From Escherichia virus TH15, in the sequence record MT446392.1: 64,000 bases of DNA; one strand, 5' to 3'. This document shows, piece by piece, positions 19,401 to 29,390 of this stretch. Position 1 is the first letter of the stretch. Every line of letters begins with the position of its first letter. Below the pieces are notes generated by a model. The model saw only the letters and a list, made by a program, of their open reading frames with translations. It was not told the origin of the DNA and ran no database searches. The position numbers were made by a program, and so were the translations under genes.

Positions 19401-19656
19401 AATTACCTGTCTGAGTGAAGGTGCCATTGAGGGTATAATCGCCCGTTTGGTTGTAATTGCCTTTATGGATAACGTTACCATCAATATTGCCACCCTTAGC
19501 AAAACCAAGGTCAATAATAGCTCCGGTATCATCCTTTGTGAATAACAAGCGGTCTTTCAAGTTAATTGCGAGTTCACCTTCAGCCAATACAGTTGGGGTT
19601 GGGCGGACACCAGCAATTTTACTTCTTTTAAATTGTATTTGTTTTAAAGTAGCCAT
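16411..19656 (-). CDS. 37: Long tail fibre distal subunit gp37 with C-terminal intramolecular-chaperone-like domain
   Basis: 1081 aa, position between 36 and 38; C-terminus DIRCKSEIKLI...GLIAQEVQEILPELV plus coiled coil resembles S74-type auto-cleaving chaperone domains. Confidence 0.85.
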   Translation of the reverse strand: MATLKQIQFKRSKIAGVRPTPTVLAEGELAINLKDRLLFTKDDTGAIIDLGFAKGGNIDGNVIHKGNYNQTGDYTLNGTFTQTGNFNLTGIARVTRDIIAAGQIMTEGGELISKSASTSHLRFFDGDDRERGIIFSPNNAGLTNQVVNIRVQDYAAGSESTYAFSGNGLFTAPEVSAWKSISSPQILTDKVITNGKKAGDYDIYSMADNAPLTESETAINHLRVMRNAVGAGIFHEVKDNDGITWYAGDGLEAYLWSFTWSGGLKAGHSVSVGLPHGPKGYSELGTASIALGDNDTGLKWHQDGYFHTVNNGIRTFIYGPEETQSLRKMVMGYSPDGVLMTTPPAENYALATVVTYHDNNAYGDGQTLLGYYQGGNYHHYFRGKGTTNVNTAGGLLVTPGDINVIGGSVNIDGRNNASTLMFRGNTTGSSSVDNMTIAVWGNTFTNVDGDRKNVMEISDATSWIQYYQRLSSGAIQSHLNGTLGVNESINVGQEVNVSGTIAGNAVNALRIWNDDYAAIFRRSEGSLHIIPTAFGEGKTGDIGPLRPFSLALDTGKVVIPDLDLSHTTFAENGFIKFGGHGAGAGGYDIQYSQAAPIFQEIDDDAVSKYYPIVKQKFLNGKAVWSLGTEINSGTFVLHHLKEDGSQAHTSRFNADGTVNFPDNVQVGGGEATIAKNGNIFSDIWKTFTSAGDTTNIRDAIASRVAKEGDTMTGRLTINANSDAIVINSAATESGYVKGQKAGVDNWYVGNGGADNALSFYSFRTNSGVNIHNSGEIALAPQGSDTFYFNRDRLYIKGSQWAAHQAGDWINQWRQEAPVFVDFGNVGNDSYYPIIKGRSGITNEGYVSGVDFGMRRITNTWAQGIIRVGNQENGSDPQAIYEFHSNGTFYAPSLLKSNRVSAGGGDPVWTGPCIVIGDNDTGLVWEADGIFNAYANGQGVFSFRAGLAQTFGNVALNVNAGMYVRDNIDVNDVYIRSDIRCKSEIKLIDNAQEKSKLLGGYTYLLKNSVTDEVKPSAGLIAQEVQEILPELVSEDKETGLLRLNYNGIIGLNTATINEHTDEIKELKSEIAELKALIKSLIK

Positions 19657-19664
19657 AATGCCTC

Positions 19665-20312
19665 TTAATAATATCCAAAGTCTTGTACGGAGTCTTTAAG
19701 AACGATTTGGTCAAAACGAGGCACGTGAGCCGGGTCTGATGCAGGGTTCCTAGAGAAAAAATTGGGCGCTGACAAGTTTCCTGTCATTGATTGTAATGTA
19801 CTATTATTTAGTTCTACCTGTTGCTGGTTAGTTACATTACCAAGACCAACTTGAGCTTTCGACGGAGTGTTCCCTGGGGAAAATACACGACCCGAATCAT
19901 CATAAACTTGACGAGCCAGCGTATCACCCATAACAGTAAAACGTTTTGCTCCTGTTGTTGTATCGGGGTCAAAAATAATAAATGGTGTTCCTACTTCAGT
20001 TTCAAATCCAAACGGACCTTTTATACGGAATGAAGCCGTAAACGGTGCACCACCAGTTCTTGCTCCCAACTTAATTCCATAACCATTTGAATCGTTAAAT
20101 GTCAGACCTTGTTCGAAATATACGTTTGCTTTATAATTACCACCAAGAGCCTTTGAAACGAAATCGTTATCTACTGCCTGTGGCTTATTATATTCGGAAT
20201 AAATTTTATAAGTTTTGTAATATACATCATTACTAACTGGTGTTAAAGGGAAATTACCCTGATGCCAAAGGACTGAACCTCCAGCGGTTGAACCTAATTT
20301 TAAATCAGCCAT
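19665..20312 (-). CDS. 36: Long tail fibre distal connector gp36
   Basis: 215 aa versus T4 221 aa; synteny between 35 and 37; late promoter upstream. Confidence 0.75.
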   Translation of the reverse strand: MADLKLGSTAGGSVLWHQGNFPLTPVSNDVYYKTYKIYSEYNKPQAVDNDFVSKALGGNYKANVYFEQGLTFNDSNGYGIKLGARTGGAPFTASFRIKGPFGFETEVGTPFIIFDPDTTTGAKRFTVMGDTLARQVYDDSGRVFSPGNTPSKAQVGLGNVTNQQQVELNNSTLQSMTGNLSAPNFFSRNPASDPAHVPRFDQIVLKDSVQDFGYY

Positions 20313-20348
20313 TTCAAATCCTCTTCGGTCAGCTTATTCATTATTCAA

Positions 20349-20356
20349 TATTTATA
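20349..20356 (-). promoter_or_regulatory. Late promoter TATAAATA for genes 36-37
   Basis: Minus-strand TATAAATA immediately after the gene 35 terminator. Confidence 0.55.
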
Positions 20357-20382
20357 ACGAAAAAAGGACCCGAAGGTCCTTA
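20357..20382 (-). terminator. Intrinsic terminator downstream of gene 35
   Basis: Minus-strand reading: aggaccttcgggtccttttttcg. Confidence 0.65.
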
Positions 20383-21510
20383 TTGTTTTTCTCGAAGTTC
20401 GGCTGCATAAATCTTGCCTGCACGTGGAGCTTGTGCATCCGGGAATGTTACAATTGTATTGCCTGTATTTGTTGCATCGTTTGCATATGACATCCTTATG
20501 CCGTTGACACCAAATTCAGCTGGTTTGAAAGCAGAGTCACCTCTAGTTATCTCACCAATAACAATATTACGTATTGACCCAGTTCCGGTAGCTACAGTCC
20601 TTGATGTTACTACTGTAAAACCATCGGCACCTGCTGGAATCTCGACATATCTTTCAAAACTCGCCCATGCACCAGCTGGAACGTTTGTTGCAATATCGAT
20701 GTTTGTATTTGATATAGGAGAAGTGCTAGGGCTTTTAAAGAATCGAACCGAAGTCCTTACAGTCCCGGCAGCTTTCAGAGCAGCATCAAATGACATCTGA
20801 AACTTCAAGTAAAGCACATCCAAAGGCAAAAGGTTGTAGCCAGCCATAGGAGTCACCAGGTCCTCTCTAGGGAACCTTTTAATTGTGGTTGGTGTTCCAT
20901 CACCTGTTGATGAATACGTGCTCTCGTCTTCCGTTATGCGCACAGGATAGCCTGTTGCTCCTATATCACTAAAGGTATCATAAACAACTTCTAATGGGGT
21001 GGATACATCTTCAACAAATTTGCCATCGTTATATTTTACATGCTCGGAGACGATTACATTTCGACCAGAGATATAGAATGCCGAGTAAGATGTGTCAACT
21101 TTGTCGATTAACCATTTCTCAGGGAATGCTTTTGACCCCTTTAATCGCATCCAGTCAATTAATGTCTGTGAAGCATTTAGCTTACCGGAAGAAATAAATG
21201 CAATTAATCTTCCGGCTGGAACAGATTCCACAAAGGTAATTAATGCCTGACTGATTGCATCGTGTGTGCTGGTTAATGAATAGTTTTTCGTGTTAACAAT
21301 TTTATTCGTAGTTGTATCAATTTCCAATAGAGTCAGACCATTACCGAAGGTAGTTGGCCCGATTCGTTCGTCTTGAAATTTGATATACGATTTCACCGTG
21401 GAAAGAGTACAGCTCCCTGCTATACTCATTTTAAATTTAACGGCATTATTTTCTGATATAACTGGCGTTTGGACATATCCTTGTCCAAACTCTGCCATAA
21501 ATTTTTCCAT
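20380..21510 (-). CDS. 35: Long tail fibre hinge protein gp35
   Basis: 376 aa versus T4 372 aa; synteny. Confidence 0.75.
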   Translation of the reverse strand: MEKFMAEFGQGYVQTPVISENNAVKFKMSIAGSCTLSTVKSYIKFQDERIGPTTFGNGLTLLEIDTTTNKIVNTKNYSLTSTHDAISQALITFVESVPAGRLIAFISSGKLNASQTLIDWMRLKGSKAFPEKWLIDKVDTSYSAFYISGRNVIVSEHVKYNDGKFVEDVSTPLEVVYDTFSDIGATGYPVRITEDESTYSSTGDGTPTTIKRFPREDLVTPMAGYNLLPLDVLYLKFQMSFDAALKAAGTVRTSVRFFKSPSTSPISNTNIDIATNVPAGAWASFERYVEIPAGADGFTVVTSRTVATGTGSIRNIVIGEITRGDSAFKPAEFGVNGIRMSYANDATNTGNTIVTFPDAQAPRAGKIYAAELREKQ

Positions 21511-21518
21511 ATTACCTC

Positions 21519-24500
21519 TTATTCAACCCATTCAAACTTAACGGATTTAGTGGTCGGGTCTGGGATGATACGCACGTTACCGATACGTAACCAATCAAGA
21601 ATGGTCAAGTTCCCCATTGTTGTGTTGTCAGCCGGTAATGCACCAACATCCTCTGCAGACGGAGGGTTATCCGCGGTGTAAACCATTGCGAAAGTCGTCC
21701 AGGCTGATTTATTTTTCTGCCATGTGCGAGTATAACGAATAGTACCACCGTTTAATCCAGTAGGATAGCAAACCCAATCTTGATAGCATGAATCCAGCGT
21801 ATTACCAAACTGAGTTAATGTACCAGGATATTTAATTTGTTTATCACGAACCGAATAGTCAAACCAAGTACCACGTAATTTCTGCCCAGACGTACCAAGA
21901 ACTTCATCGCCGAAAGAACCATCATCCAAACGATAACGAATAGCAGGAGAAGCAAAAGTTCCGTTTTCAGTTAACCAACCAGAGGCATTCCAAACTTCAT
22001 CAGTCACCCCAGCAGGTTTGGTTTGAACTGTATCAATGTTTACCTGACGTTTTAACTTCATTGTCCAATAACCAGGGAACTGACTGTAAGTCGGTTCATC
22101 ATTAATATCAACAGACCAGAAGCCAACAGTATCAGCAGTTGGGGCTTGTGCGATAAGACTTGGTTTCGTACCGAATACACGGACCGGAGCATTCACACGG
22201 AGCACACCAGACATTGTATCGCCCGCTTGGTTAACAAAGTTTCTATCAACAATCTCAACAGCGTTTTTCTCGGTCAGGACTTTAAATGCACCGCCACCAT
22301 TTGCTATGATATTACCAGCATCAAGAGTTTTGAGCACCAAATTCTGCGAGTTATCACCCAGGGCCAGAGTTGCACCAGAAGCTTCACCGGTCGTGGTTGC
22401 AATAGTACGACCGTTTAGAACGTAATTATTTTTGGCTTGAACATCGTTTCCGGCACTAAGGTTGTTCAATACAGCAACATTACCCGAGGCGGTGTTTAAT
22501 GTCAATACGTTAGTCGTATCACCAATAGTCATTGTCGTTCCGGTGGAAGGAGCAGTGATTTTCCACTTGTTGGTTCCATTAACAACATTCACAGTTCCGA
22601 ACGTCGAAGTGTCAGCCGTTACATCAGTAAACACTGCAGTGCTCGTTGATACAACCGGAGCAGAGATATTTGTCTGTTTGGTGAGAGTTAACACACCTTC
22701 AACAGTCTGAGCAATATCACGACGAATAAACTGGGTCGAGTCGAGACTATCAAGTTTTTCGGCATTAACAGCCATCGCATTTATCGGTAAGAAGTTTTGC
22801 AATACGCGGTTTAATTCATAAGGCGAAACTGCATAGCCAGATTTTACATAGTTAACCAGTTTACTTGGGTCTGGGGTATATGCACCATTCTCATATGTAA
22901 ATCCTGCACCAGTCGTTGTAGTTGCGGCCGAAGTAGCTGTACCAGAAGATAAACGAACAAATCCACGCAGTGTTTCAGATGCTTCCCAAGTTGTTTCTGT
23001 TTGTGCAATATATTTCAGCGCAGACGGACTGATGGCCAGGACTTTCGATGTACCGGCAGTTGCTTCTGCATTTGTCGCGATACGAACAATACCTTCGGCA
23101 TTTTCAGTGGCTTTTTTCGACATCAATTTAAGCGGAGTAACGATTGTTTTATCGTCAGTACCGGTATTAACTTCGCCCTGAGTTGCTAATCTTGCTGTAC
23201 CACGTTGAGTCTCATTTGCTTCAAGAATATTCAGGTTATAATGGTCCCAGAGCGTCCCTGTTTCTACTAAACCACTTAATGCATTAACAGAAGTACGAGC
23301 AGTATTATTAAATCTAGTTTTAACTTTTAATGGAGTTGAGATACGAGTATCATCAGTTCCAGTATCAAATTCTGATTGCGTAGCAATCTCGGCTATGCCG
23401 GTTAACGTTTCTGATGCTTTACGGTCATTTAACGTTTTAGGAGTCACGGCTCTGGTATAATCGGTTCCTGCATTTGTTTCTGTCTGAGTAGCAATTTCGA
23501 TTAAACCGATACGGGAATCAAGAGCTGTTTTACGATGCAACATCTCCGGAGTAACAACAGCGTTTGACCAGCCAGCTTGCGATGTACCTGCAATTACTTC
23601 ACTTTCAACGGCCAGAATAACTGCGCCCTGCTGAGTGTAAGTAGCTTTGTATTGGTCAAGAGCTTTCGGAGAAATTACCAGATTAGTGGTATTCTTATTA
23701 TAAACGTTTGTACCATTTAATTCACGCGAAGTAGCTGGAGTTGCACCAGTGGTCGGGACGTAAGTCACGATACCGGACAGCGATTCTGAGCCCTGACGCG
23801 CTTGCAGTTTCTTTGGAGTGATAATTGTGGTATCATCTACACCTGCATCAGTTTCTTGCTGTGTGGCGAGTTCTGCGAGCCCACGTCTCGTTTCTGTTGC
23901 CGTACGTTCATTGAGTTTTTTCGGAGAAATAATTACATCATCAACAAATGCAAAATCACTGTTCTGATTTACTTGGGCAGTTGTTGCGATTCTGGCAATG
24001 CCTCGTTGGTTTTCTTTAGCAACACGGTTAGCCAAAGTCTGAGGAGTAATTGCTAATTCTTTTTCTGGGTTATTTTCATGGTCAACGTTTGCCTGAGTCT
24101 GGTTTGCCAGAGCAATAACACCAAGACGAGCACGCGTGGAATCATTTAATGAGTCAACTCGCTCAACAGTCGGAACGTTTTGAGCAACAACCCAATAACT
24201 TGTTCCAGACAATTTATCTTCTGCATAAGACAATTCAATAACTGGAGTATAACTGATGTTACCATTAAAGGTCAATGAATCAACCAATACCCAAGTTGAA
24301 TCTGGTGGATACTCGGAGCGTTTAGGAAATTGCAACAATTTAATGTCAGATGCAATCTTATCACCAGCAGCAGCTCTTATATTAACAGTCTGTGATTTGC
24401 GGAGATAGTTCAGTGCAATTTTAACAATGTCACCTTGCAAAACATCCGTTGGCAAATCGATATTAATCGTCGCTGGAGTTGAGTTATCTTCACCAAATAC

Positions 24501-25475
24501 AATGACACTTTCGTTCGGTAAAAGTTTAACGTTATCACGAATAACGCGAAGACGAGTTTTAAAATCACCGTCCCAAACATACCAGAGTTTTTCGGCGGCA
24601 TTATAAACAAAGAAGCCATCGCCCGTGGTGCGGAATTCCATTTGATGCTGTCCAGCTTTACCAAGACTAGAACTGGAGTCAAAGGTTTCAACCATCAGGT
24701 GGAATGTTGGCCCCAGGCCATCGATATCAACAGATTTGACAATATCGCCCTGGTTTGCATACTTAGGAAGAATGAAAGTAATCGGTGCACCAGTTGTATA
24801 ACGACGCATAATAAAGTCGCCGGCTTGTGCATGGAAACGACCAGTTGATGGTTCTACTCTGATGCCACGTTCTTCGTTGCCAGCTTCCCAAAATTGCCAT
24901 AAGCGGTTTGAAAAGATAAGCATGTTATAAGAGAACGGTTTGGTAATTAAAACTTCTGAATACTGATTACCAAAACGAACAATCTTTTGGTTACCGCCGC
25001 CTGGTACGTTGCTTGACTGCACTTTAATTTCGTTGTAACCAACATTGCCGCCGATATCTTTAATAACGATGGTATCGCCATCGACCGGGTTTGTAGGCAA
25101 TGTAAATGTGGTAAAGCTTGCAGCAGAGTCAACTGCGATAAATTCACCCGAATTAAGCTGACGAGTCGGAGATGCAACAGTTTCCCATTTAGGGTCAGTA
25201 CGAGTTGCTAACCAATACTGAGGGGTAAATGCTCCTGCTGGAGCATCAATATCACGTTGAGCAACCCAAATACGGTTATCATTAATAACTGCGAAGTTCT
25301 TTTTGTATCCACGCGTTGCATCATATTGTTGAACTGTGTTTTCTTCTATAAAGAAATCTACGTTAACGCCGTCTGACAAAACTGAGTAATCAGCTTTCGC
25401 GACATTAATGACTTTCTCACCAGCGGCATCGAGACCGGATGTTGCTCTGAATGCTGGTTTTAAAATATCGGCCAT
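21519..25475 (-). CDS. 34: Long tail fibre proximal subunit gp34
   Basis: 1318 aa versus T4 1289 aa; repetitive beta-rich sequence; late promoter upstream; adjacent to rnh as in T4. Confidence 0.85.
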   Translation of the reverse strand: MADILKPAFRATSGLDAAGEKVINVAKADYSVLSDGVNVDFFIEENTVQQYDATRGYKKNFAVINDNRIWVAQRDIDAPAGAFTPQYWLATRTDPKWETVASPTRQLNSGEFIAVDSAASFTTFTLPTNPVDGDTIVIKDIGGNVGYNEIKVQSSNVPGGGNQKIVRFGNQYSEVLITKPFSYNMLIFSNRLWQFWEAGNEERGIRVEPSTGRFHAQAGDFIMRRYTTGAPITFILPKYANQGDIVKSVDIDGLGPTFHLMVETFDSSSSLGKAGQHQMEFRTTGDGFFVYNAAEKLWYVWDGDFKTRLRVIRDNVKLLPNESVIVFGEDNSTPATINIDLPTDVLQGDIVKIALNYLRKSQTVNIRAAAGDKIASDIKLLQFPKRSEYPPDSTWVLVDSLTFNGNISYTPVIELSYAEDKLSGTSYWVVAQNVPTVERVDSLNDSTRARLGVIALANQTQANVDHENNPEKELAITPQTLANRVAKENQRGIARIATTAQVNQNSDFAFVDDVIISPKKLNERTATETRRGLAELATQQETDAGVDDTTIITPKKLQARQGSESLSGIVTYVPTTGATPATSRELNGTNVYNKNTTNLVISPKALDQYKATYTQQGAVILAVESEVIAGTSQAGWSNAVVTPEMLHRKTALDSRIGLIEIATQTETNAGTDYTRAVTPKTLNDRKASETLTGIAEIATQSEFDTGTDDTRISTPLKVKTRFNNTARTSVNALSGLVETGTLWDHYNLNILEANETQRGTARLATQGEVNTGTDDKTIVTPLKLMSKKATENAEGIVRIATNAEATAGTSKVLAISPSALKYIAQTETTWEASETLRGFVRLSSGTATSAATTTTGAGFTYENGAYTPDPSKLVNYVKSGYAVSPYELNRVLQNFLPINAMAVNAEKLDSLDSTQFIRRDIAQTVEGVLTLTKQTNISAPVVSTSTAVFTDVTADTSTFGTVNVVNGTNKWKITAPSTGTTMTIGDTTNVLTLNTASGNVAVLNNLSAGNDVQAKNNYVLNGRTIATTTGEASGATLALGDNSQNLVLKTLDAGNIIANGGGAFKVLTEKNAVEIVDRNFVNQAGDTMSGVLRVNAPVRVFGTKPSLIAQAPTADTVGFWSVDINDEPTYSQFPGYWTMKLKRQVNIDTVQTKPAGVTDEVWNASGWLTENGTFASPAIRYRLDDGSFGDEVLGTSGQKLRGTWFDYSVRDKQIKYPGTLTQFGNTLDSCYQDWVCYPTGLNGGTIRYTRTWQKNKSAWTTFAMVYTADNPPSAEDVGALPADNTTMGNLTILDWLRIGNVRIIPDPTTKSVKFEWVE

Positions 25476-25506
25476 GTGCTTTATCCTTATTGATTTGGTA
25501 TATGTG

Positions 25507-25514
25507 TATTTATA
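25507..25514 (-). promoter_or_regulatory. Late promoter TATAAATA for gene 34
   Basis: Minus-strand TATAAATA about 32 nt upstream of the gene 34 ATG. Confidence 0.55.
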
Positions 25515-25571
25515 TTGCTTTAAAATTTTTATGCTAATATAATTGAGTTAACTACTTGTACAGAGGTACAT

Positions 25572-26516
25572 ATGAATTTAGATTTCTTACTCCCTGAAGA
25601 AGACCGTCAAAAAGAAGGTTTTCAGTTACTCGATTTTAGTCAGCTCATCATGGCTGCAGCCTTCCAGGAATTCGGCAAAGACGCTGGTTATCCAAAGGTA
25701 ACAACCGCAATGACCCGGCACCTGGTTCTGAACTCCATCAGAAAAAATATTGTGCAGTTCAAGAAGCTCGGTTATACGATTCCAATTATTTGTGTTGATA
25801 ACTCGAAGAATGGTTATTGGCGTCGAACAAAATCTTATTATTATAAGAAAAACCGTGCGAAAGCTCGTGAAGAGTCCCAATTCGATTGGGAAGGTCTACA
25901 TGCTGCCATGCACATCATCATTGATGAAATGGAAAAATACATGCCTTACATCTTGATGAATATGGATAAAGTTGAGGCAGACGACCATATTGCAGTCTTA
26001 ACGAAGTTGCTCACCGGTCTCGGACATCCGGTTATGATTGTTTCTTCGGATGGTGACTTTACCCAGTTGCATAAATTCCCTGGGGTAAAACAATGGTCCC
26101 CGATGCAGAAAAAATATGTAAAAACAAAATCTGGCGATGCTCTTATGGATTGCGTAACAAAAGTTGTTAAAGGCGACAAAAAAGATAACGTGTCAAGCAT
26201 CAAAGTTCGTGGTGATTTTTATTACACTCACGAAGAAGGTGAACGTACTCCACCGACCCGTGCTGCTGAACTTGAGCAAATTGCACTCAACTATTACGAC
26301 CACGATGTTTTGAAAACGCTTTTAACGGAAGAGCAATATAATAGATTCTGTGAAAACCAATTGCTGATTGATATGGACTTTATCCCAACGGAAATATCCG
26401 CTTCAATCTTAGAACGATATAATAACTACGTTATTCCAGCAAAAAGTAAAGTTTATCCTTACTTTGTTAAGTCTGGTCTGTCTAAACTAACTGCAAATAT
26501 TGCTGAATTTTATTAA
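25572..26516 (+). CDS. rnh: RNase H (5'-3' exonuclease / FEN family)
   Basis: 314 aa versus T4 305 aa; N-terminal LLDFSQLIMAAAFQ and acidic metal-binding motifs; AGAGG SD. Confidence 0.85.
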   Translation: MNLDFLLPEEDRQKEGFQLLDFSQLIMAAAFQEFGKDAGYPKVTTAMTRHLVLNSIRKNIVQFKKLGYTIPIICVDNSKNGYWRRTKSYYYKKNRAKAREESQFDWEGLHAAMHIIIDEMEKYMPYILMNMDKVEADDHIAVLTKLLTGLGHPVMIVSSDGDFTQLHKFPGVKQWSPMQKKYVKTKSGDALMDCVTKVVKGDKKDNVSSIKVRGDFYYTHEEGERTPPTRAAELEQIALNYYDHDVLKTLLTEEQYNRFCENQLLIDMDFIPTEISASILERYNNYVIPAKSKVYPYFVKSGLSKLTANIAEFY

Positions 26517-26524
26517 GGTATATT

Positions 26525-26794
26525 ATGAAAGAGAAAAAAGTGAAAGTTGAATTTTGTCCTGATACCCACGGCGCTGAACTGGCCAAGCTGATTAAAGCTG
26601 CTTCCGATACTAAATTAAAAATGGAAGCATACGCGGACGAAATTAAAGACCTTAAAGATAAGGCAAAAACTGAATTAGGTGTTGACGGCAAGATGTTCAA
26701 TACGCAGCTCGGCCTGTATCATAAAGGCACTCGTGAACGTTTTGAAGATGAAAAAACCGAAGCTGTGGAGCTCTATGATGTCCTCTTTAGTTAA
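26525..26794 (+). CDS. dsbA: dsDNA-binding protein DsbA (late transcription enhancer)
   Basis: 89 aa, same size as T4 DsbA, located between rnh and gene 33. Confidence 0.6.
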   Translation: MKEKKVKVEFCPDTHGAELAKLIKAASDTKLKMEAYADEIKDLKDKAKTELGVDGKMFNTQLGLYHKGTRERFEDEKTEAVELYDVLFS

Positions 26795-27068
26795 TTTCGA
26801 TACACAGAAAACTGAATCGCCTTCCGGGGCGATTAGTAAACAGCAAAACGGGCTTGATATTGAAGCCATGGTTGAGTCAACTGAAATGTCTTATCTGGAA
26901 GCTACGACTGCCTGGTTGGAAGAACGTGGTGTTCCTGAGGGTAATTTTGCTCGATATATCCCGGCAGGAATCATTGATAAGATTATGAATGAAGCATATG
27001 ATGATAACCTGCTTCGTCCGAGTATGTCTCGTACACAGAAAACTAATACGCTGGACTTTTTGTTATGA
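26775..27068 (+). CDS. 33: Late-promoter transcription co-activator gp33
   Basis: Internal ATG with GGAG SD; C-terminus EATTAWLEERGVPEGNFARYIPAGIIDKIMNEAYDDNLLRPS...KTNTLDFLL matches remembered T4 gp33. Confidence 0.8.
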   Translation: MMSSLVNFDTQKTESPSGAISKQQNGLDIEAMVESTEMSYLEATTAWLEERGVPEGNFARYIPAGIIDKIMNEAYDDNLLRPSMSRTQKTNTLDFLL

Positions 27069-27718
27069 TTACGATTCGCATGCCTCCAAATAACAACCGA
27101 TACATAAATGGTAAATCAGTATATCAACTGTACTTATCCATCAAACAGCATTTTTCGGGTCGTTATGATATTATCAAATATAACTGGACCATGCGAATCT
27201 CCGATAGTGCTTATCAAAAACGTCGTGACAAGTATTTTTTCGAAAAGCTTAGCGATAAGTACACTCTCAAAGAATTAACGTTAATATTCATGTCAAACCT
27301 GGTCGCGAACCAGGATGCATGGATAGGTGATATAAGTGATGCCGATGCTCTTATATTTTATAGGGAATACATCGGCAGACTTAAAAGAATTAAACAAGTA
27401 TACGAAGATGATATAAAGAACATCTATTACTTCAGTAAGAAAGTCGAAGTCAAATCGCTTCAAGAGATTTTCGAGTATAATACTAAAGTGAACACAAGTT
27501 ATATTTTCAAACTTCTCCAATCAAATGTTATTTCATTTGAAACGTTTTGTTTGCTTGATTCATTTTTAGACATTATAAATAAACATGATGAACAGACTAA
27601 CGACTTGGTTTGGGAAAAGTATTCGACCAAACTAACTGCCTATAAGAAAATCTTAAATATAGATTCTCTTGAAGCTCGTAAATTGTTCATCGAGACCGTT
27701 AAAGGGTGTAAGTTTTGA
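27065..27718 (+). CDS. 59: Helicase loader gp59
   Basis: 217 aa as in T4; DKYFFEKLSDKYTLKELTLIFMSNLVANQDAWIGDISDADALIFYREYIGRLK is near-identical to remembered T4 gp59. Confidence 0.9.
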   Translation: MITIRMPPNNNRYINGKSVYQLYLSIKQHFSGRYDIIKYNWTMRISDSAYQKRRDKYFFEKLSDKYTLKELTLIFMSNLVANQDAWIGDISDADALIFYREYIGRLKRIKQVYEDDIKNIYYFSKKVEVKSLQEIFEYNTKVNTSYIFKLLQSNVISFETFCLLDSFLDIINKHDEQTNDLVWEKYSTKLTAYKKILNIDSLEARKLFIETVKGCKF

Positions 27719-28386
27719 ATGTTGTATATTGGTTTACATTTGAAACTCGTCTGAAAAATAAAACGCCTCCTTATTTTTACATTGGGTCAAAGCATAATTG
27801 TGCTTTTGAAAATGGTGTTATAATTGATTTGAAATACACGTCAAGAAGAGAATATTGGTCCTCCTGTGAGCAACCTGATTTTCTTGAAGCTATTCAACTC
27901 GAAAAGCCGACAGTCAAAATACTTGATGTCTGCGAAGATGTTTTGGACGAGGAAGAGTGGTACCACGCCCATTATAATATACCAAAATCCCCGCTATTCT
28001 TTAATAAAGCAACGGCTCGTGGTGTATTCGGTGGTGCTGGTGAACGTGCTCCAAGATATGGAATGAAAAATTCCGCACATACAAATAAATGCATTTCGGA
28101 AGCACAAAAAGATGTTCCAAAAAGTATGGAGCATAAGAAATCAATTTCTGAAGGCCTAAATCGCTTTTATGAAAAAGATGATAAAATAAATAACATCAGA
28201 GGTAATGAAGTGATAAAAACTCTTAGTGATTCTGCTAAGCGTCGTTACTCAAACCCTGATAATATTCATCCCAAAGGGTTTAAAGGTAAAAAATTACCAA
28301 GAGTTATTTGTGATTTATGTGGATATGAAACATCTATAAATCATTTAAAACGTCATCGTGATAAATGCGCTTTAAATAAAAAGTAA
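27715..28386 (+). CDS. GIY-YIG homing endonuclease (segG-like, free-standing) with NUMOD-like repeats and C-terminal zinc finger
   Basis: N-terminal VYWFTF...YFYIGSK (GIY-YIG); repeated (I/L)SEAQK-type helices; CDLCGYETSINHLKRHRDKC. Sits between 59 and 32 as T4 segG does. Only in-frame start is TTG. Confidence 0.7.
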   Translation: MNVVYWFTFETRLKNKTPPYFYIGSKHNCAFENGVIIDLKYTSRREYWSSCEQPDFLEAIQLEKPTVKILDVCEDVLDEEEWYHAHYNIPKSPLFFNKATARGVFGGAGERAPRYGMKNSAHTNKCISEAQKDVPKSMEHKKSISEGLNRFYEKDDKINNIRGNEVIKTLSDSAKRRYSNPDNIHPKGFKGKKLPRVICDLCGYETSINHLKRHRDKCALNKK

Positions 28387-28444
28387 TATAATTAATACGT
28401 AATCAAAACAACTGTTAAAAATCAAATAATCTAAGGAAAATCAT

Positions 28445-29356
28445 ATGTCTATGTTTAAACGTCGTAACCCAGCTGACCTCGCCGCTTCCCTGAATGCACT
28501 TAAAGGTGGTTCTGGTTTCTCTTCTGACGATAAAAAAGAATGGAAACTGAAAGATACTGATGGCGTCGGCTCTGCGGTTATTCGTTTCCTGCCTTCCAAG
28601 AATGAAGAAAATCCATCTCCGTTCATCAAGCTCGTTAACCACGGCTTTAAAAATGGCGGTCAATGGTATATTGAAAACTGTACTTCCACTCACGGCGATT
28701 ATGAAAACTGCCCTGTGTGTGCGTACATGAATAAGAATGACCTGTACAACACAAACGAATCCGAATATCGTAAACTGAAGCGTAATACTTCTTACTGGGC
28801 TAACATCCTGGTCATTAAAGACCCTGCTGTTCCGTCTAACGAAGGTCAAGTATTCAAATATCGCTTCGGCAAGAAAATCATGGACAAAATCAACCAGATG
28901 GTTGAAGTCGATGTTGACATGGGCGAAACAGCTATTGACGTAACTTGTCCTTTTGAAGGTGCAAACTTTGTACTGAAATCTAAACTGGTTTCCGGTTATA
29001 AAAACTACGATGATTCCAAATTCATGAACCAGTCCGAAATCGCTGGTATCAATGATGAAGCATTCCAGAAAAAACTTTGGGACGAAATGTCTGACCTGAA
29101 TGAATTGCTGGTGTTTAAATCCCTTGAAGAGAATCAGAAGAAATTCTCTAAAGTAATGGGTACGGCTGCTCTCGGCGGTGCTGCTTCTAAAGCTGCTGCA
29201 CAAGCTGATAAACTGGGCGCTGACCTGGACGATTTTGATAAAGATATGGAAGATTTCACTTCCAGTAAACCTGCTAAGTCTGAACGCACTGCGACTGCTC
29301 CAAGCACTCCAGAGCCTTCTGATGATGGTCTTGACGACCTTCTGGCTGGCCTTTAA
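28445..29356 (+). CDS. 32: ssDNA-binding protein gp32
   Basis: 303 aa; [24 protein letters not shown], zinc-site region [10 protein letters not shown], and acidic C-terminus ending DDLLAGL match T4 gp32. Confidence 0.95.
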   Translation: MSMFKRRNPADLAASLNALKGGSGFSSDDKKEWKLKDTDGVGSAVIRFLPSKNEENPSPFIKLVNHGFKNGGQWYIENCTSTHGDYENCPVCAYMNKNDLYNTNESEYRKLKRNTSYWANILVIKDPAVPSNEGQVFKYRFGKKIMDKINQMVEVDVDMGETAIDVTCPFEGANFVLKSKLVSGYKNYDDSKFMNQSEIAGINDEAFQKKLWDEMSDLNELLVFKSLEENQKKFSKVMGTAALGGAASKAAAQADKLGADLDDFDKDMEDFTSSKPAKSERTATAPSTPEPSDDGLDDLLAGL

Positions 29357-29360
29357 TATA

Positions 29361-29390
29361 AGGGGACCTTCGGGTCCCTTTTTTATTTTC
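29361..29390 (+). terminator. Intrinsic terminator downstream of gene 32
   Basis: aggggaccttcgggtcccttttttatttt. Confidence 0.8.
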
